From Thermodesulfobacteriota bacterium (GTDB lineage: Bacteria > Desulfobacterota > Binatia > Bin18): a stretch of 64,000 nucleotides of DNA. Below, in pieces: positions 30,144-39,748 of the stretch. The stretch lies in the NCBI GenBank assembly GCA_964291405.2, contig OZ219926.1, forward strand, positions 4,672,001 to 4,736,000, read 5' to 3'. Every line of letters starts with the position of its first letter. The stretch's first letter is position 1. The notes under the pieces were generated by a model. That model was not told the DNA's origin. It made no database searches and saw only the letters and a list, made by a program, of their open reading frames with translations. Both the position numbers and the translations under genes were made by a program.

Positions 30144-30507
30144 TCACTCAAAAGGATTCAAAATCTCCAAATCGCTGATCCAAAGAAAATCTTTGGTATT
30201 TCTCGTCACGAGTGTACGCTGATGGATAAGAGCTGTCCCTGCTACTAGGGCATCGCCCAAGGTCATCCTCCGGACTCTTGGCGAAGCTGCACGGCCCGCT
30301 CTATGATCCCTTGTGATATCGGGAGAATGGCCGACGAGGCAAAGAATTCCTCGAAAAGACCTTGGTCTGCCTTCGTGAGATTATGGTAGCCGAGCACTTC
30401 AACATAGCTCACGGCTGAGATCGCGGGCGTATGCTCTGCAATAAACTGTCGTAGATTCTCATGCTCCGGCTGAGCAGCATAGATAATGATATTGCTGTCG
30501 ATGGCAC
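30144..30507 (-). pseudogene. VapC/PIN toxin with two frameshifts
   Basis: IDSNIIIY...SAVSYVEVLGY, then in another frame MTLGDALVAGTAL.....LVTRNTKDF; the GTG start is out of frame with IDSN. Confidence 0.8.
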
Positions 30508-30782
30508 TACGCCTCTCGGTCTGGAAGAGGTCTATCCTGGCGCTGTTCTCTTTCCCAATCTAGAGGATCAATGTCCTGTGGAAACGTGCTCAATCGTGCG
30601 ATCTTCTCCAGTGCGTTTACCATGCGTTGGCCGCTATCACTGTCGGATGCTGGAGCTAGCAATTTCTCCTGCAAAATCGTCACTTGAACAGGAATAGGCC
30701 GCTCTTCGGGAAGAGTCCGCGGCCTTCCGTCGCTCCATTCCAATTGGTTGCCGCGAAGGGTTGCTTTATACGTTGTCGGCAT
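30507..30782 (-). CDS. Putative antitoxin of the VapC pseudogene
   Basis: Small ORF ending DPLDWEREQRQDRPLP; its stop overlaps the PIN gene start. Confidence 0.65.
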   Translation of the reverse strand: MPTTYKATLRGNQLEWSDGRPRTLPEERPIPVQVTILQEKLLAPASDSDSGQRMVNALEKIARLSTFPQDIDPLDWEREQRQDRPLPDREA

Positions 30783-30903
30783 GACTCTACACTACCCCGT
30801 TCAAGAGAGAAAATCGAGTCTTACACAAAAAGAAACCGGGGTTCCTGTCTTGTCACATCTCTCTATCCTTCGATGATTTCAGGCCGAACGCAAAAGTACA
30901 AAC

Positions 30904-30931
30904 AAAAAGGGGCGCACCGCGGTGCGCCCCT
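30904..30931 (-). terminator. Intrinsic terminator after the CoA-transferase pair
   Basis: GGGGCGCACC-GC-GGTGCGCCCC inverted repeat followed by a T tract on the minus strand. Confidence 0.75.
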
Positions 30932-30959
30932 CCAAGTTCCGCTGAATGCAGAGTATCTG

Positions 30960-32201
30960 CTACTCCAAGACCTCGGCAATTACTAACTCGGTGATCTTCT
31001 CCTCGTTATAGCCCAGGATGTTCTCCAACACGTTCTGGTTCTCACGTCCCAGCGTCGGGGCCGCCGGGTTGATCTGGGCCGGAGTGCGAGAGAATTTGAA
31101 GCGAGTGCCTTCGACCGTGGTCTTGCCGAAGTCGGGATGATCCAGGTCGACGAAGTGCTCGCGATGCTGAAGCTGTTTGTCCTCGTACAGCTCGTTGATG
31201 GTTTCCACCGCACTGGCCGGAACGTTTTTGGCCTGAAGCTGCTCTTCGGCCTCGTACGGGCCGAGCTGGCTGCTCCAGGCGTTGACGGCCTTGTCGATTT
31301 CGTCCTGATTGTCCAACCGGCCTTTGGCGGTGGCAAGACGCTCGTCACTACCGAGGTCCGGACGATTCATGGTCTCGCACAGCGAACGCCACTGGTCGTC
31401 GGTTTCCACGCCGATCGCAACCCAGCGGTCCTCTCCTTCGGACTCATACACCCCGTGCGGAGCGAAGTTCATATCACGGTTGCCCATACGGGTCTGGGTC
31501 CGTCCGTTGACGGTCTGGTCTAAAAGAAACGGCGCCAGAAAATGGAGCGAGGCTTCGGCTTGCGCCAGGTCGATATGCTGGCCCTTGCCGGTCTGGTGCT
31601 TGTGTTCGAGTGCCGCCAGCACGGCCGCGGCGTTATACCACGGTGCAATATAGTCGGTGTAAGCCCCGAACGGCCCGGCGGGTGCGCGGTCGGGCCAGCC
31701 GGTGGGGTCGAAAAAGCCTGAGACGGCCGCCGCCAGATTGCCAAACCCGGCAAAGTGAGAATGCGGGCCGGTCTGACCCATCAGGCAGGTGCTGAGCATG
31801 ATGATGTCAGGCTTGATTTTTGTGAGCGACTCGTAGTCAAAGCCCCACTCCCGCATGGCTTTGGGAGAAAAAGACTCAGTTACCACGTCTGCCCAGCGCA
31901 CCAAGTCAAAAATAATCTCGCGCGACTCCGGTTTGGACAGGTTCAGGGTCATCGGCAGTTTGCCGGTATTCATATTATTGTACAAACCGGAATTATTCGG
32001 GCCGGGTTGCTTGTTTTGAAAGGGACCGACCATGCGCACCGCGTCAAAGCGGGTGGTGGATTCAACCCGCACAACGGTCGCTCCGTAGTCGGCCAAAATA
32101 CGCGTCGAACCAGGGCCGGCCATAGCCCACATGAAATCGAGCACTTTGACTCCAGCCAAGGCTTGATTGTTTTCACTGCCGGTCTGTTGTCCCTCTGCCA
32201 T
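30960..32201 (-). CDS. CaiB/BaiF family III CoA-transferase
   Basis: VLDFMWAMAGP, GATVVRVES, NTGK, VVTESFSP, APTLG. Confidence 0.93.
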   Translation of the reverse strand: MAEGQQTGSENNQALAGVKVLDFMWAMAGPGSTRILADYGATVVRVESTTRFDAVRMVGPFQNKQPGPNNSGLYNNMNTGKLPMTLNLSKPESREIIFDLVRWADVVTESFSPKAMREWGFDYESLTKIKPDIIMLSTCLMGQTGPHSHFAGFGNLAAAVSGFFDPTGWPDRAPAGPFGAYTDYIAPWYNAAAVLAALEHKHQTGKGQHIDLAQAEASLHFLAPFLLDQTVNGRTQTRMGNRDMNFAPHGVYESEGEDRWVAIGVETDDQWRSLCETMNRPDLGSDERLATAKGRLDNQDEIDKAVNAWSSQLGPYEAEEQLQAKNVPASAVETINELYEDKQLQHREHFVDLDHPDFGKTTVEGTRFKFSRTPAQINPAAPTLGRENQNVLENILGYNEEKITELVIAEVLE

Positions 32202-32228
32202 GGTGATCCCCTCCTGATTGAGTCTCAG

Positions 32229-33470
32229 CTAGATTATTCCCTTGTTCTGTAGCTCAGCTAACACTTGTGCATCAAGGCCGAGTTCGCCATAGACCTCGGC
32301 GTTATGCTCACCAATCTTCGGTGGACGGCGCTTATAGGAAATCGGCTGCTCGCTGAACTTGGCAAACGGACCGGGATAGGCAAACGCTTTGCCAATCTCC
32401 TCATGGTCGACCGTAGTCCAGTATTGACGCGACTCCAACTGCTTGCTCTCGACGACCTCGTCAATCGTGGTGACCGGAGCGACGAGCAGGCCACGGTCCA
32501 GGGCGTTCTGAAACAGCTCTTCCTTGGTTTTAGTTTTGGTGAAGTCTTCAACGATCAGTTTGAGGCGTTCATAATCTTCAATCGTTTTCGGATCGCCACC
32601 AAAGAGGCCACCGCCCATATCAACCCAGTCCAGCTGTTGGACTTCTTTATCACAAAACCCCTCCTCATAGATCCAGTCCATCAGACGCTTGGTGAAATGG
32701 GCAAACGCCGAGCCAAACAGATAGGCAATCGAAACATGGCCGTCTTTCGCCGGCCAGAGCAGGCGGATTTCCAGCGGTCCCATTTTTGCCCCGCCGGCCA
32801 TGCGGCGGGTTTCCGCGTCATTGAGCGGAGCCGAGAGAATGGTCGATTGGGTTGCATGGGCCGCGGCCTGCTGGGCGGAAATATCGACATGCTGGCCGCG
32901 GTTCGATTGATGGGATTCGTACAGGGCAATCAGCGCGGCCGGCGCGGCGGCGGCGCTGGCGTGCAGATAGCCTTGGGGAACGCTCAGGCGGACAGGCGGG
33001 CGGTCTTCGTCCCCGGTAATGACGAGCGGTCCGCTGCTGGCCAGAATAATCAGGTCACTGTCCGCATAGCTGGCCTTTGGCCCGTCTTGGCCAAACGGGG
33101 TAATCGAGACATAAATCAGCCCCGGATTGTCTGCCGCCAACTCGTCATAGCTCAGGCCGTACTGGGCCAGGGTACCGGGATTGTCCGATTCGATCAGGAA
33201 TTTTGTGCCCTGGGCCAGGCGCCGAAGCATATCCTGGCCTTCGGACCGCGTAATATCGAGGGTGATCCCTCGTTTGTTACGGTTATAGGCCCACCAGTAG
33301 AGCGAGTTTTCCGCATCCTCCTGATCCTGATAAAAGGGTCCCAGCTTGCGGGCCGAGGAGCCTCCGGGAGGCTCGATTTTAATGACATCGGCACCCAGAT
33401 CGGCCAGGATTTGGCCACACAGCAATCCGCGTTCTGTTGTCAGGTCAAGGACTCGATAAGGGTTGAGCAT
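32229..33470 (-). CDS. CaiB/BaiF family III CoA-transferase (BbsE-like partner subunit)
   Basis: VLDLT, LADLGADVIKIEPPGG, NRNKRGITLD, SITPFGQDGP, GQHVDIS. Confidence 0.93.
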   Translation of the reverse strand: MLNPYRVLDLTTERGLLCGQILADLGADVIKIEPPGGSSARKLGPFYQDQEDAENSLYWWAYNRNKRGITLDITRSEGQDMLRRLAQGTKFLIESDNPGTLAQYGLSYDELAADNPGLIYVSITPFGQDGPKASYADSDLIILASSGPLVITGDEDRPPVRLSVPQGYLHASAAAAPAALIALYESHQSNRGQHVDISAQQAAAHATQSTILSAPLNDAETRRMAGGAKMGPLEIRLLWPAKDGHVSIAYLFGSAFAHFTKRLMDWIYEEGFCDKEVQQLDWVDMGGGLFGGDPKTIEDYERLKLIVEDFTKTKTKEELFQNALDRGLLVAPVTTIDEVVESKQLESRQYWTTVDHEEIGKAFAYPGPFAKFSEQPISYKRRPPKIGEHNAEVYGELGLDAQVLAELQNKGII

Positions 33471-33627
33471 TCGGCGACTCCCACGCTAGCAATGGCAGTG
33501 ATTTTTTATCATCCGCGTAAGGTCTCCCCATAGCTCCCTTGACGAGAACAGGCAAGCCCCGATTCGATGCCCGGCGGATAATTCGGGTGGGCGCTGCTCT
33601 GGCAATATGGTATTGACGGAGTGCATC

Positions 33628-33780
33628 ATGATCTGTCCGCGCTGCCGAACAAAAATGAAAGTAGAGGCGCACCGGCCCCACAAGCAGGAGAAATGGCGCT
33701 GTCCTCAGTGTGGCAAAGTCCGTATGAAACCCGCGTCATACCGTCGGCATACCCGACGGGGGCGGGCCGGGAATCCTTAA
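33628..33780 (+). CDS. Small basic zinc-ribbon protein, 50 aa (below the ORF-track cutoff)
   Basis: MICPRCRTKMKVEAHRPHKQEKWRCPQCGKVRMK...; two CPxC knuckles; GGAG upstream. Confidence 0.6.
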   Translation: MICPRCRTKMKVEAHRPHKQEKWRCPQCGKVRMKPASYRRHTRRGRAGNP

Positions 33781-33879
33781 CGTGTGAGATGACATTAGCT
33801 CCCCGGCCGTGGGTCTGCGACGGGATCCAGCCCGCAAGCCCATCCTCAGGGAGCGGGAGGCTCACGACACAATATCACG

Positions 33880-34365
33880 TTAAGGAGCAGGGGGCTCCTC
33901 GCCCGTATCCCTACGGCTGTCAACATAGGCTTTCATGAGTCCTGGCAGGTCAATAGGTGACTCTGTTTCTCTGAGCAGCCCGCCGGGTGGGATAAGCTTA
34001 TCCGACCCGCCAAGCGAGATCAGGAGATAGGGGCCGCCGAGCAAGCCTTTGGTGTGAATGGACGCGATTGCGTCTTCCTGAATCTCAATATCAGTGTCTA
34101 TGGTTAAGCGGACTCTCGCCCGCGTACCCGTAAGCTGGACGGTATCAACCCGGCCGACGCGGACACCGGCGATCTCGACCGGCGTGCCAGGTCCCAGGCC
34201 GGTGGCACTTTCAAAGTCAGCATAGATGGTATACCCCCAGGCGTTATAGAGCACCGTTTCACCGAGGGAAGAGAACAGGTAGAAGGCGCTTGCGGTTCCA
34301 AGAATCAGGAAAACCACGACGCTGAGACCGAGCCGGTGCATGGCCTGGTAGCCTAGCAGACCCAT
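33880..34365 (-). CDS. MlaD/MCE domain protein
   Basis: N-terminal TM, Y.I.ADF..A.GL..G.PV.IAGV.VGRV, ASI.T.GLLG. Confidence 0.9.
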   Translation of the reverse strand: MGLLGYQAMHRLGLSVVVFLILGTASAFYLFSSLGETVLYNAWGYTIYADFESATGLGPGTPVEIAGVRVGRVDTVQLTGTRARVRLTIDTDIEIQEDAIASIHTKGLLGGPYLLISLGGSDKLIPPGGLLRETESPIDLPGLMKAYVDSRRDTGEEPPAP

Positions 34366-34425
34366 CCGTATCTCCCAAGACCTCCACCCATGCTCATGAC
34401 AGATCGCACCGCTCTACAAGGGGGT

Positions 34426-35331
34426 ATGAAAAACGCAGGCGAGAAGAACGCTTTGCGACTTTTTTGTCTTTTTGTTCTCTGTAGTCTTTTATTCGGCCAT
34501 CTCCAAAACGTGTGGGCCGATGATGCAGCCCTGGTCGCCCAGGGGCAGTATGTGTTTGCCTTAGCCGGGGGGTGTGGCTGTCATACGGCGGATAAGGGAC
34601 CTACCAACGCGGGTGGGCGGCCGATTGAGACGCCCTATGGGCGATTTTACGGAACGAATATCACACCCGACCCGGTCCATGGGATTGGAACCTGGACGGA
34701 TCAAGAAATCATTGACGCGATCCGGCTGGGAGTGAAACCCGACGGGACGGTTATGAGTCCGGTCATGCCGTATCCGGCCTTGAGCGGTATGACGGATGAG
34801 GATGTCACGGCGCTGGTGGCTTTCCTGCGCAGCCTGGAGCCCGTCGCGCAAGCAAATATTCCCAATGAGGTGGGCATTCCGTTTTCCGGGCTGGCCATGC
34901 GCGTCTGGCGCTGGCTGTTTTTTGAACCGGTTGAAACGCGTGTGACAGCCTGGGCAGACCCCATTGCCCGAGGCCGCTACATCAGCGAACACCTCGCCCA
35001 TTGCCAGGAATGCCATACACCGCGCACAGTGTTTGGCAGCCTTGACCGGACGCGCGACCTGGCCGGGAATCCGGCTGGCATTGACGGCGAGGTCGCGCCC
35101 AATATTACCCCGGATGACGAGACGGGTATTGGGCGGTGGAGTGAAGGGGAGATCGTTTCCCTGCTGCGCACCGGCTTTCTCCCGAATTTTGATAACGTCC
35201 AAGGGCTGATGGCGGTGGTGATTGATGGAGTCCCTGGGGGCGGGTACAAAGACATGAGCGACGAAGACGCCGACGCTGTTGCCACGTATCTGAAATCGGT
35301 TCCTCCGAGGAGTCAGGTAGAACAGGAATAG
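34426..35331 (+). CDS. Periplasmic diheme-type cytochrome c
   Basis: Signal peptide; GCGCHT and HCQECHTPR; two NITPD...GIG.W repeats. Confidence 0.88.
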   Translation: MKNAGEKNALRLFCLFVLCSLLFGHLQNVWADDAALVAQGQYVFALAGGCGCHTADKGPTNAGGRPIETPYGRFYGTNITPDPVHGIGTWTDQEIIDAIRLGVKPDGTVMSPVMPYPALSGMTDEDVTALVAFLRSLEPVAQANIPNEVGIPFSGLAMRVWRWLFFEPVETRVTAWADPIARGRYISEHLAHCQECHTPRTVFGSLDRTRDLAGNPAGIDGEVAPNITPDDETGIGRWSEGEIVSLLRTGFLPNFDNVQGLMAVVIDGVPGGGYKDMSDEDADAVATYLKSVPPRSQVEQE

Positions 35332-35361
35332 CGTAGGTCTTTCGCGAGAGGAGGGAGTGCA

Positions 35362-35859
35362 ATGAGAGAGATGGTCAGCCGTATCGTTCGTGGAGTGTTA
35401 ATCAGTGTGGGTGTGATAGCAGGTGGTCTGCATAGTCTGGGTGGGTTGAGTTTCGGGCATGAAAACCATCCGACTCAGATGCCGGACCCGCAGCAGACGG
35501 TGGCGTTTCGTACCTATCTGATGGAGAATATCGGAGCCAACGCCAAGGAGATGAAAGGCAAGATCGACGCCGGCCAGCTCGCGGAGGCAAAAATGAATGC
35601 CGCGGCCATAGCCCTTCATTCCACCCGCATCGCAGCGCTATTTCCCGAGGGTAGTAGCGAGGATTCCTCCCGGGCCAAGGCAGAAATCTGGCAGAACTGG
35701 GACGCTTTTCTCGCCTCCGCCACAGAGCTTGGTACGGCAGCGAACGCGCTGACCGTGGCTGCGGGAGAAAACAATGCCGCCTCGGTCAAAGAACATATGC
35801 AAAAGATGTTCGGAACGTGTAAGGGCTGTCACGACCAGTTTCGTAAGCCGGAGGAATAA
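35362..35859 (+). CDS. Cytochrome c' / c556 (class II)
   Basis: Signal peptide, LFPEGS, AKAEIWQNW..F, C-terminal CKGCHDQFR. Confidence 0.9.
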   Translation: MREMVSRIVRGVLISVGVIAGGLHSLGGLSFGHENHPTQMPDPQQTVAFRTYLMENIGANAKEMKGKIDAGQLAEAKMNAAAIALHSTRIAALFPEGSSEDSSRAKAEIWQNWDAFLASATELGTAANALTVAAGENNAASVKEHMQKMFGTCKGCHDQFRKPEE

Positions 35860-35942
35860 TCTCGCGTGGAAGTTATATTGCTCCCCGGTAAAAAACGTGA
35901 GATAAAAAAATTCAATAAACTCCCCGGCAAAAGGAGGCTTTC

Positions 35943-37232
35943 GTGTCCGGTGCTGTTGGGTTCCAAGCGCTGACGAGCCGCAATGCCGTCCTGAGCAGTG
36001 CGGAAAATTTTATCCTGTACCTGCTCATGGAGACCAAGCCGCAGGGCGGGGGCGTGCGCCTGCCGCTCAATCTTGGCATTGTTCTTGACCGCAGCGGTTC
36101 GATGTACGACGAACAGCGGCTTGATTATGTCATTGATGCCATCAAATATCTGATCGATAATCTTGGTCCGGATGACAAGGCCGCGGTAGTCGCGTTTGCC
36201 GACCGAGCCGAAGTGGCGGCAACGGCAGACCGCGTCACGGCGGATGCCGCCGGGGTGAAGCGGGCCATCGACGATCTCGACCTCCTGGAGATTGGTGGTG
36301 GAACACAAATGGCCCTGGGCATGGAAGCCGCGCTTGCCGAGGTGGAGAAGTATTATTCGCCGAACCGCCTGAACCGGTTGTTGCTTCTGACCGACGGTCA
36401 GACGTACGAGGAGCGCAAATGTCTCGATCTCGCCCGTCAACACCGCGACCGTATTTCGTGCAGCACGCTCGGGGTGGGGATCGAGTTCAATGAAAAATTG
36501 CTGATGGAGATGGCCGAGGAGAGTAGCGCCAATTATCATTTTATTGATGCCCCGGCCTCCATCCCGAATATTTTCTCCAATGAACTCCAGGGGCTGCGGA
36601 ATGTCGCCCTGACCAACGCGCGGATTGAGATGCAACTCAGCGCTGGGGTGCAGGTGAAAGAAGCCTTTCGCGCCAGTCCTCAGATTTACCCGATAAAAGA
36701 GACTACGCCCGACGCCAACCGGATGGTTTCCCTGCCGTTGGGAGATATTGAAGCGGGAACGCCAAGTTCGGCCTTGGCCGTGTTGGTCTTACCGCCCCGC
36801 CGACCCGGCCGGGTTCGGCTGGCACAAGCTGAGCTGTATTACGATACGCCCGAGGCCAAGAACCAGCACGAAAGCGTGGACGTGGTGGTGAATTACACGC
36901 TTGAGCGCTCGGCCATTGGCCGGGCCAACGGTTATGTGATGAATCTGGTCGATCAAGTCAGCGTCGCCAAGATTCAGCTACAGGCCGAGGCGGCCATGGC
37001 TGCCGGCAATACGGATAAGGCCACACGCCTGTTGGGGAATGCCATAGCCGGTACGCAACGGCTGGGGAATGCGAAAGCAACCCAAGCGCTTGAGGGGCTT
37101 CAGAGTGAGTTGAAGAAAACCCAGAGTCTGGCGACCGGGGCGGCCAAGACCCAGTTGCTGAATGCCCAGGCAAGCCTCCGCAAGACGCAGCAACTCGACC
37201 CTGAGAGTGTCAAAGACGCGCTGCAAGATTAG
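35943..37232 (+). CDS. vWA domain protein (cytoplasmic) with Ig-like and helical C-terminus
   Basis: PLNLGIVLDRSGSM MIDAS, GGGT, LLLTDG, TLGVG..FNE. Confidence 0.9.
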   Translation: MSGAVGFQALTSRNAVLSSAENFILYLLMETKPQGGGVRLPLNLGIVLDRSGSMYDEQRLDYVIDAIKYLIDNLGPDDKAAVVAFADRAEVAATADRVTADAAGVKRAIDDLDLLEIGGGTQMALGMEAALAEVEKYYSPNRLNRLLLLTDGQTYEERKCLDLARQHRDRISCSTLGVGIEFNEKLLMEMAEESSANYHFIDAPASIPNIFSNELQGLRNVALTNARIEMQLSAGVQVKEAFRASPQIYPIKETTPDANRMVSLPLGDIEAGTPSSALAVLVLPPRRPGRVRLAQAELYYDTPEAKNQHESVDVVVNYTLERSAIGRANGYVMNLVDQVSVAKIQLQAEAAMAAGNTDKATRLLGNAIAGTQRLGNAKATQALEGLQSELKKTQSLATGAAKTQLLNAQASLRKTQQLDPESVKDALQD

Positions 37233-37264
37233 GCTGCACCACAAATGCAGCCCATGAAGGAGAG

Positions 37265-37969
37265 GTGAAAATGATTCGCTGTGCGGAATGCAATGAAGAA
37301 CAAATGGATGGCCTGGAGTACTGCGATATCTGCGGAGCGAAACTCGAAGCCGGAGCGATCGTTCTGGGTAAAGTCCAGACCACAGAGGAAGCTCCCGCAG
37401 AAGTTGAGGCCAGTACGGAGGCCGCAGCAGAAGAAGCTGCGGCTGAGACGGCTGAAGCTGAGGAAGACGGGAGTGCCGAGGCGGCTGGAGATGAGTCCGC
37501 AGAGACTCCGGAAGCTGAAGCAGCCCCTGAAGCCGTAGCCCTCAGCGATGATCAAGCCGCTGGAGATGAGTCCGCAGAGACTCCGGAAGCTGAAGCAGCC
37601 CCTGAAGCCGTAGCCCTCAGCGATGACCAGGCAGCGGTCGGCAGCGCTTCGCTCACCATCACCCGGGGTGGCACTGTGGGAAAAGTCTTTGAACTCCAGG
37701 CCGGAGACAATCTGGTTGGTCGGTGGGACCCGGATTCCGGTTCTTTTCCTGAGGTTGATATGGAAAACGATGACCCGGAGGCGCGCATCTCCCGTAAGCA
37801 CGCGCTGATAAAATTCGGGTCCGAGCTGACGATTGAAGATATCGGGAGCCTGAACGGGACGTTTGTCAATCGGGGACAACGCCTTGAGCCCGGCTCGCCC
37901 GTCCCGCTCAAAGACGGAGACGAGATCATCGTCGGTAAAACCTTTTTCAAGGTGTCGCGCGCGCAATGA
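37265..37969 (+). CDS. Zinc-ribbon + acidic linker + FHA domain protein
   Basis: CAEC...YCDICG; VGR.D...ISRKHA, EDIGSLNGTFVN, LKDGDEI. Confidence 0.9.
   Translation: MKMIRCAECNEEQMDGLEYCDICGAKLEAGAIVLGKVQTTEEAPAEVEASTEAAAEEAAAETAEAEEDGSAEAAGDESAETPEAEAAPEAVALSDDQAAGDESAETPEAEAAPEAVALSDDQAAVGSASLTITRGGTVGKVFELQAGDNLVGRWDPDSGSFPEVDMENDDPEARISRKHALIKFGSELTIEDIGSLNGTFVNRGQRLEPGSPVPLKDGDEIIVGKTFFKVSRAQ
37484..37633. repeat. 75-bp coding tandem duplication (25 aa)
   Basis: gctggagatgagtccgcagagactccgg... at 37484 and 37559, near identical. Confidence 0.95.
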
Positions 37970-38028
37970 GGCTGGCTTGTCCGTTCTGGAACTGGCGAAA
38001 CTGGGAACCTTCAGTGGACTGGTGATGC

Positions 38029-39735
38029 ATGGGTTCCGCGCCGCTGACGACCGAGCCGATAGATCGTGAGGAGAGCTGTGTTTGTGGTGAGTGCGGACAG
38101 GCCAATATCATCGGCGAAACATTTTGCACCGCCTGCGGCGTCGCGCTTGAAGAAGAAAGTGAGGGGGAGTCGGTTACCCCCCTTGAACCGCTGCCTATCG
38201 GCACCGTTCTGGCTGACACCTATCGTCTGACCGCACTCCTCTCGACCGGACAGGAAAATCGTTACCGGGCCGTTCGTCAGACGGACGACGGCCAGACTTA
38301 CCTCATAGCGGAACGGTCAAGCGACCAGGCTGATACCCATTTGGGTGGCGCGTTTCGGTTGGCCGAACAGCTTGCCGAGATTCACCATCCGGCCCTGATT
38401 CTCCCCCAGGAACGTTGTGAACGTGACGGCCGGGTCTCCCTCATCACCCCGAGTCAGTCCGGTCTCCCGCTGAGTCAGCGCATTGGCCGGACATCGGAAC
38501 GCGAGGCGGCCGGCTGGGGTGTCCAGTTATGCCAGGCCGTGGAGGTTTTGCACCGGCACGGTCTCCTGTGTGTTGATCTGCCTCCGGAGAATATCCTGCT
38601 CGACAAGACGGGTCGGCTGCACCTCGCCCAATTCGACGCGATCCGTCTCAAAGACGCGATTGAGGAGAGCCCCGTGTTGACGGACGGCTATGCTGCGCCC
38701 GAGGCCTACAAGACCCAGGTATTAAACGAAGCCGCGGACGTGTTTGCGCTTGGCGCCTGCTTGTATGCCGTGCTGGTAGGGCGGCGCCTGCCCGTTGAGG
38801 GCTGGGCGGTCCAGCCTGAGCCTCCAGTCTTCTATCCGGAGAAGGTCCTGACCCCCGAGTTCGAGCGTGTTTTAAGCAGAGCTCTCGCCCTTGAGCCTAC
38901 GGAGCGCTATGCGGATGTGCACGCACTGAAACACGACTTGCTCGCGTTGAGTCAGTCCGGGCACATCCGTTCGGCCTGGCGGACCGATGTCGGACAGGTG
39001 CGTGACCATAACGAAGATGCGGTGCTGGTCAAAGAGGTGGGGCAAGACAGCATAGCCGGTAATGATTTCCGAGGGCTGTATATTGTGTCAGACGGGATGG
39101 GTGGCGCCGAAGCCGGGGAGGTCGCGAGTCAGATTGCCATCCAGACCGTAGCGCGCCATGTCGAAGCAGCCTGGACTGATGCTGAGGCGGAAGAGGAAGT
39201 CGAGGCCGCCACTTGGGAGCGCTGTTTGCGTGAGGCGGTCGAGACGGCCAATACCCGGATTGTCCAATACGGAAAAGATCATCCCGAGTCGGCTGGTCTG
39301 GGGGCCACGATCGTTACCGTGTTGATGCAGGCGGGACAACTGGTGCTGGCCTGGATCGGGGATAGTCGGGTCTATCTGCTGGAAAACGGGACATTACACC
39401 AGCTCTCGCACGATCATTCTCTGGTCGCCCGTTTGGTCGAAATCGGCCAACTGACCGAGGAAGAGGCGTTGACCCACGAGCACCGCAACGTCCTGATTCG
39501 GTCTTTGGGCAGCAAGGAAAACGTCAAGGTTGATACGCTCTCGCGACCGCTGAAGCGAGGAGTCCGTCTCCTCCTGTGCAGCGATGGGCTGACCAGCCAT
39601 GTCCTTGACCCGGCGATTGCCGACATTATGAGTCGCCACCGGACTCCGCACGAGGCCGCCTTGGAATTGACGGTTGCGGCCAATACTGCGGGTGGTAGCG
39701 ATAATATCTCAGTGGTCGTGGTCTTTTACGAGTAG
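38029..39735 (+). CDS. Zinc-ribbon + degenerate Ser/Thr kinase + PP2C phosphatase fusion
   Basis: CGECG...FCTACG; kinase-fold remnants (DLPPENILL, GYAAPE, ADVFALG); PP2C DVGQVRDHNED, SDGMGG, IGDSRVY, CSDGL, GSDNIS. Confidence 0.88.
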   Translation: MGSAPLTTEPIDREESCVCGECGQANIIGETFCTACGVALEEESEGESVTPLEPLPIGTVLADTYRLTALLSTGQENRYRAVRQTDDGQTYLIAERSSDQADTHLGGAFRLAEQLAEIHHPALILPQERCERDGRVSLITPSQSGLPLSQRIGRTSEREAAGWGVQLCQAVEVLHRHGLLCVDLPPENILLDKTGRLHLAQFDAIRLKDAIEESPVLTDGYAAPEAYKTQVLNEAADVFALGACLYAVLVGRRLPVEGWAVQPEPPVFYPEKVLTPEFERVLSRALALEPTERYADVHALKHDLLALSQSGHIRSAWRTDVGQVRDHNEDAVLVKEVGQDSIAGNDFRGLYIVSDGMGGAEAGEVASQIAIQTVARHVEAAWTDAEAEEEVEAATWERCLREAVETANTRIVQYGKDHPESAGLGATIVTVLMQAGQLVLAWIGDSRVYLLENGTLHQLSHDHSLVARLVEIGQLTEEEALTHEHRNVLIRSLGSKENVKVDTLSRPLKRGVRLLLCSDGLTSHVLDPAIADIMSRHRTPHEAALELTVAANTAGGSDNISVVVVFYE

Positions 39736-39748
39736 CGAGGCATTGTCG

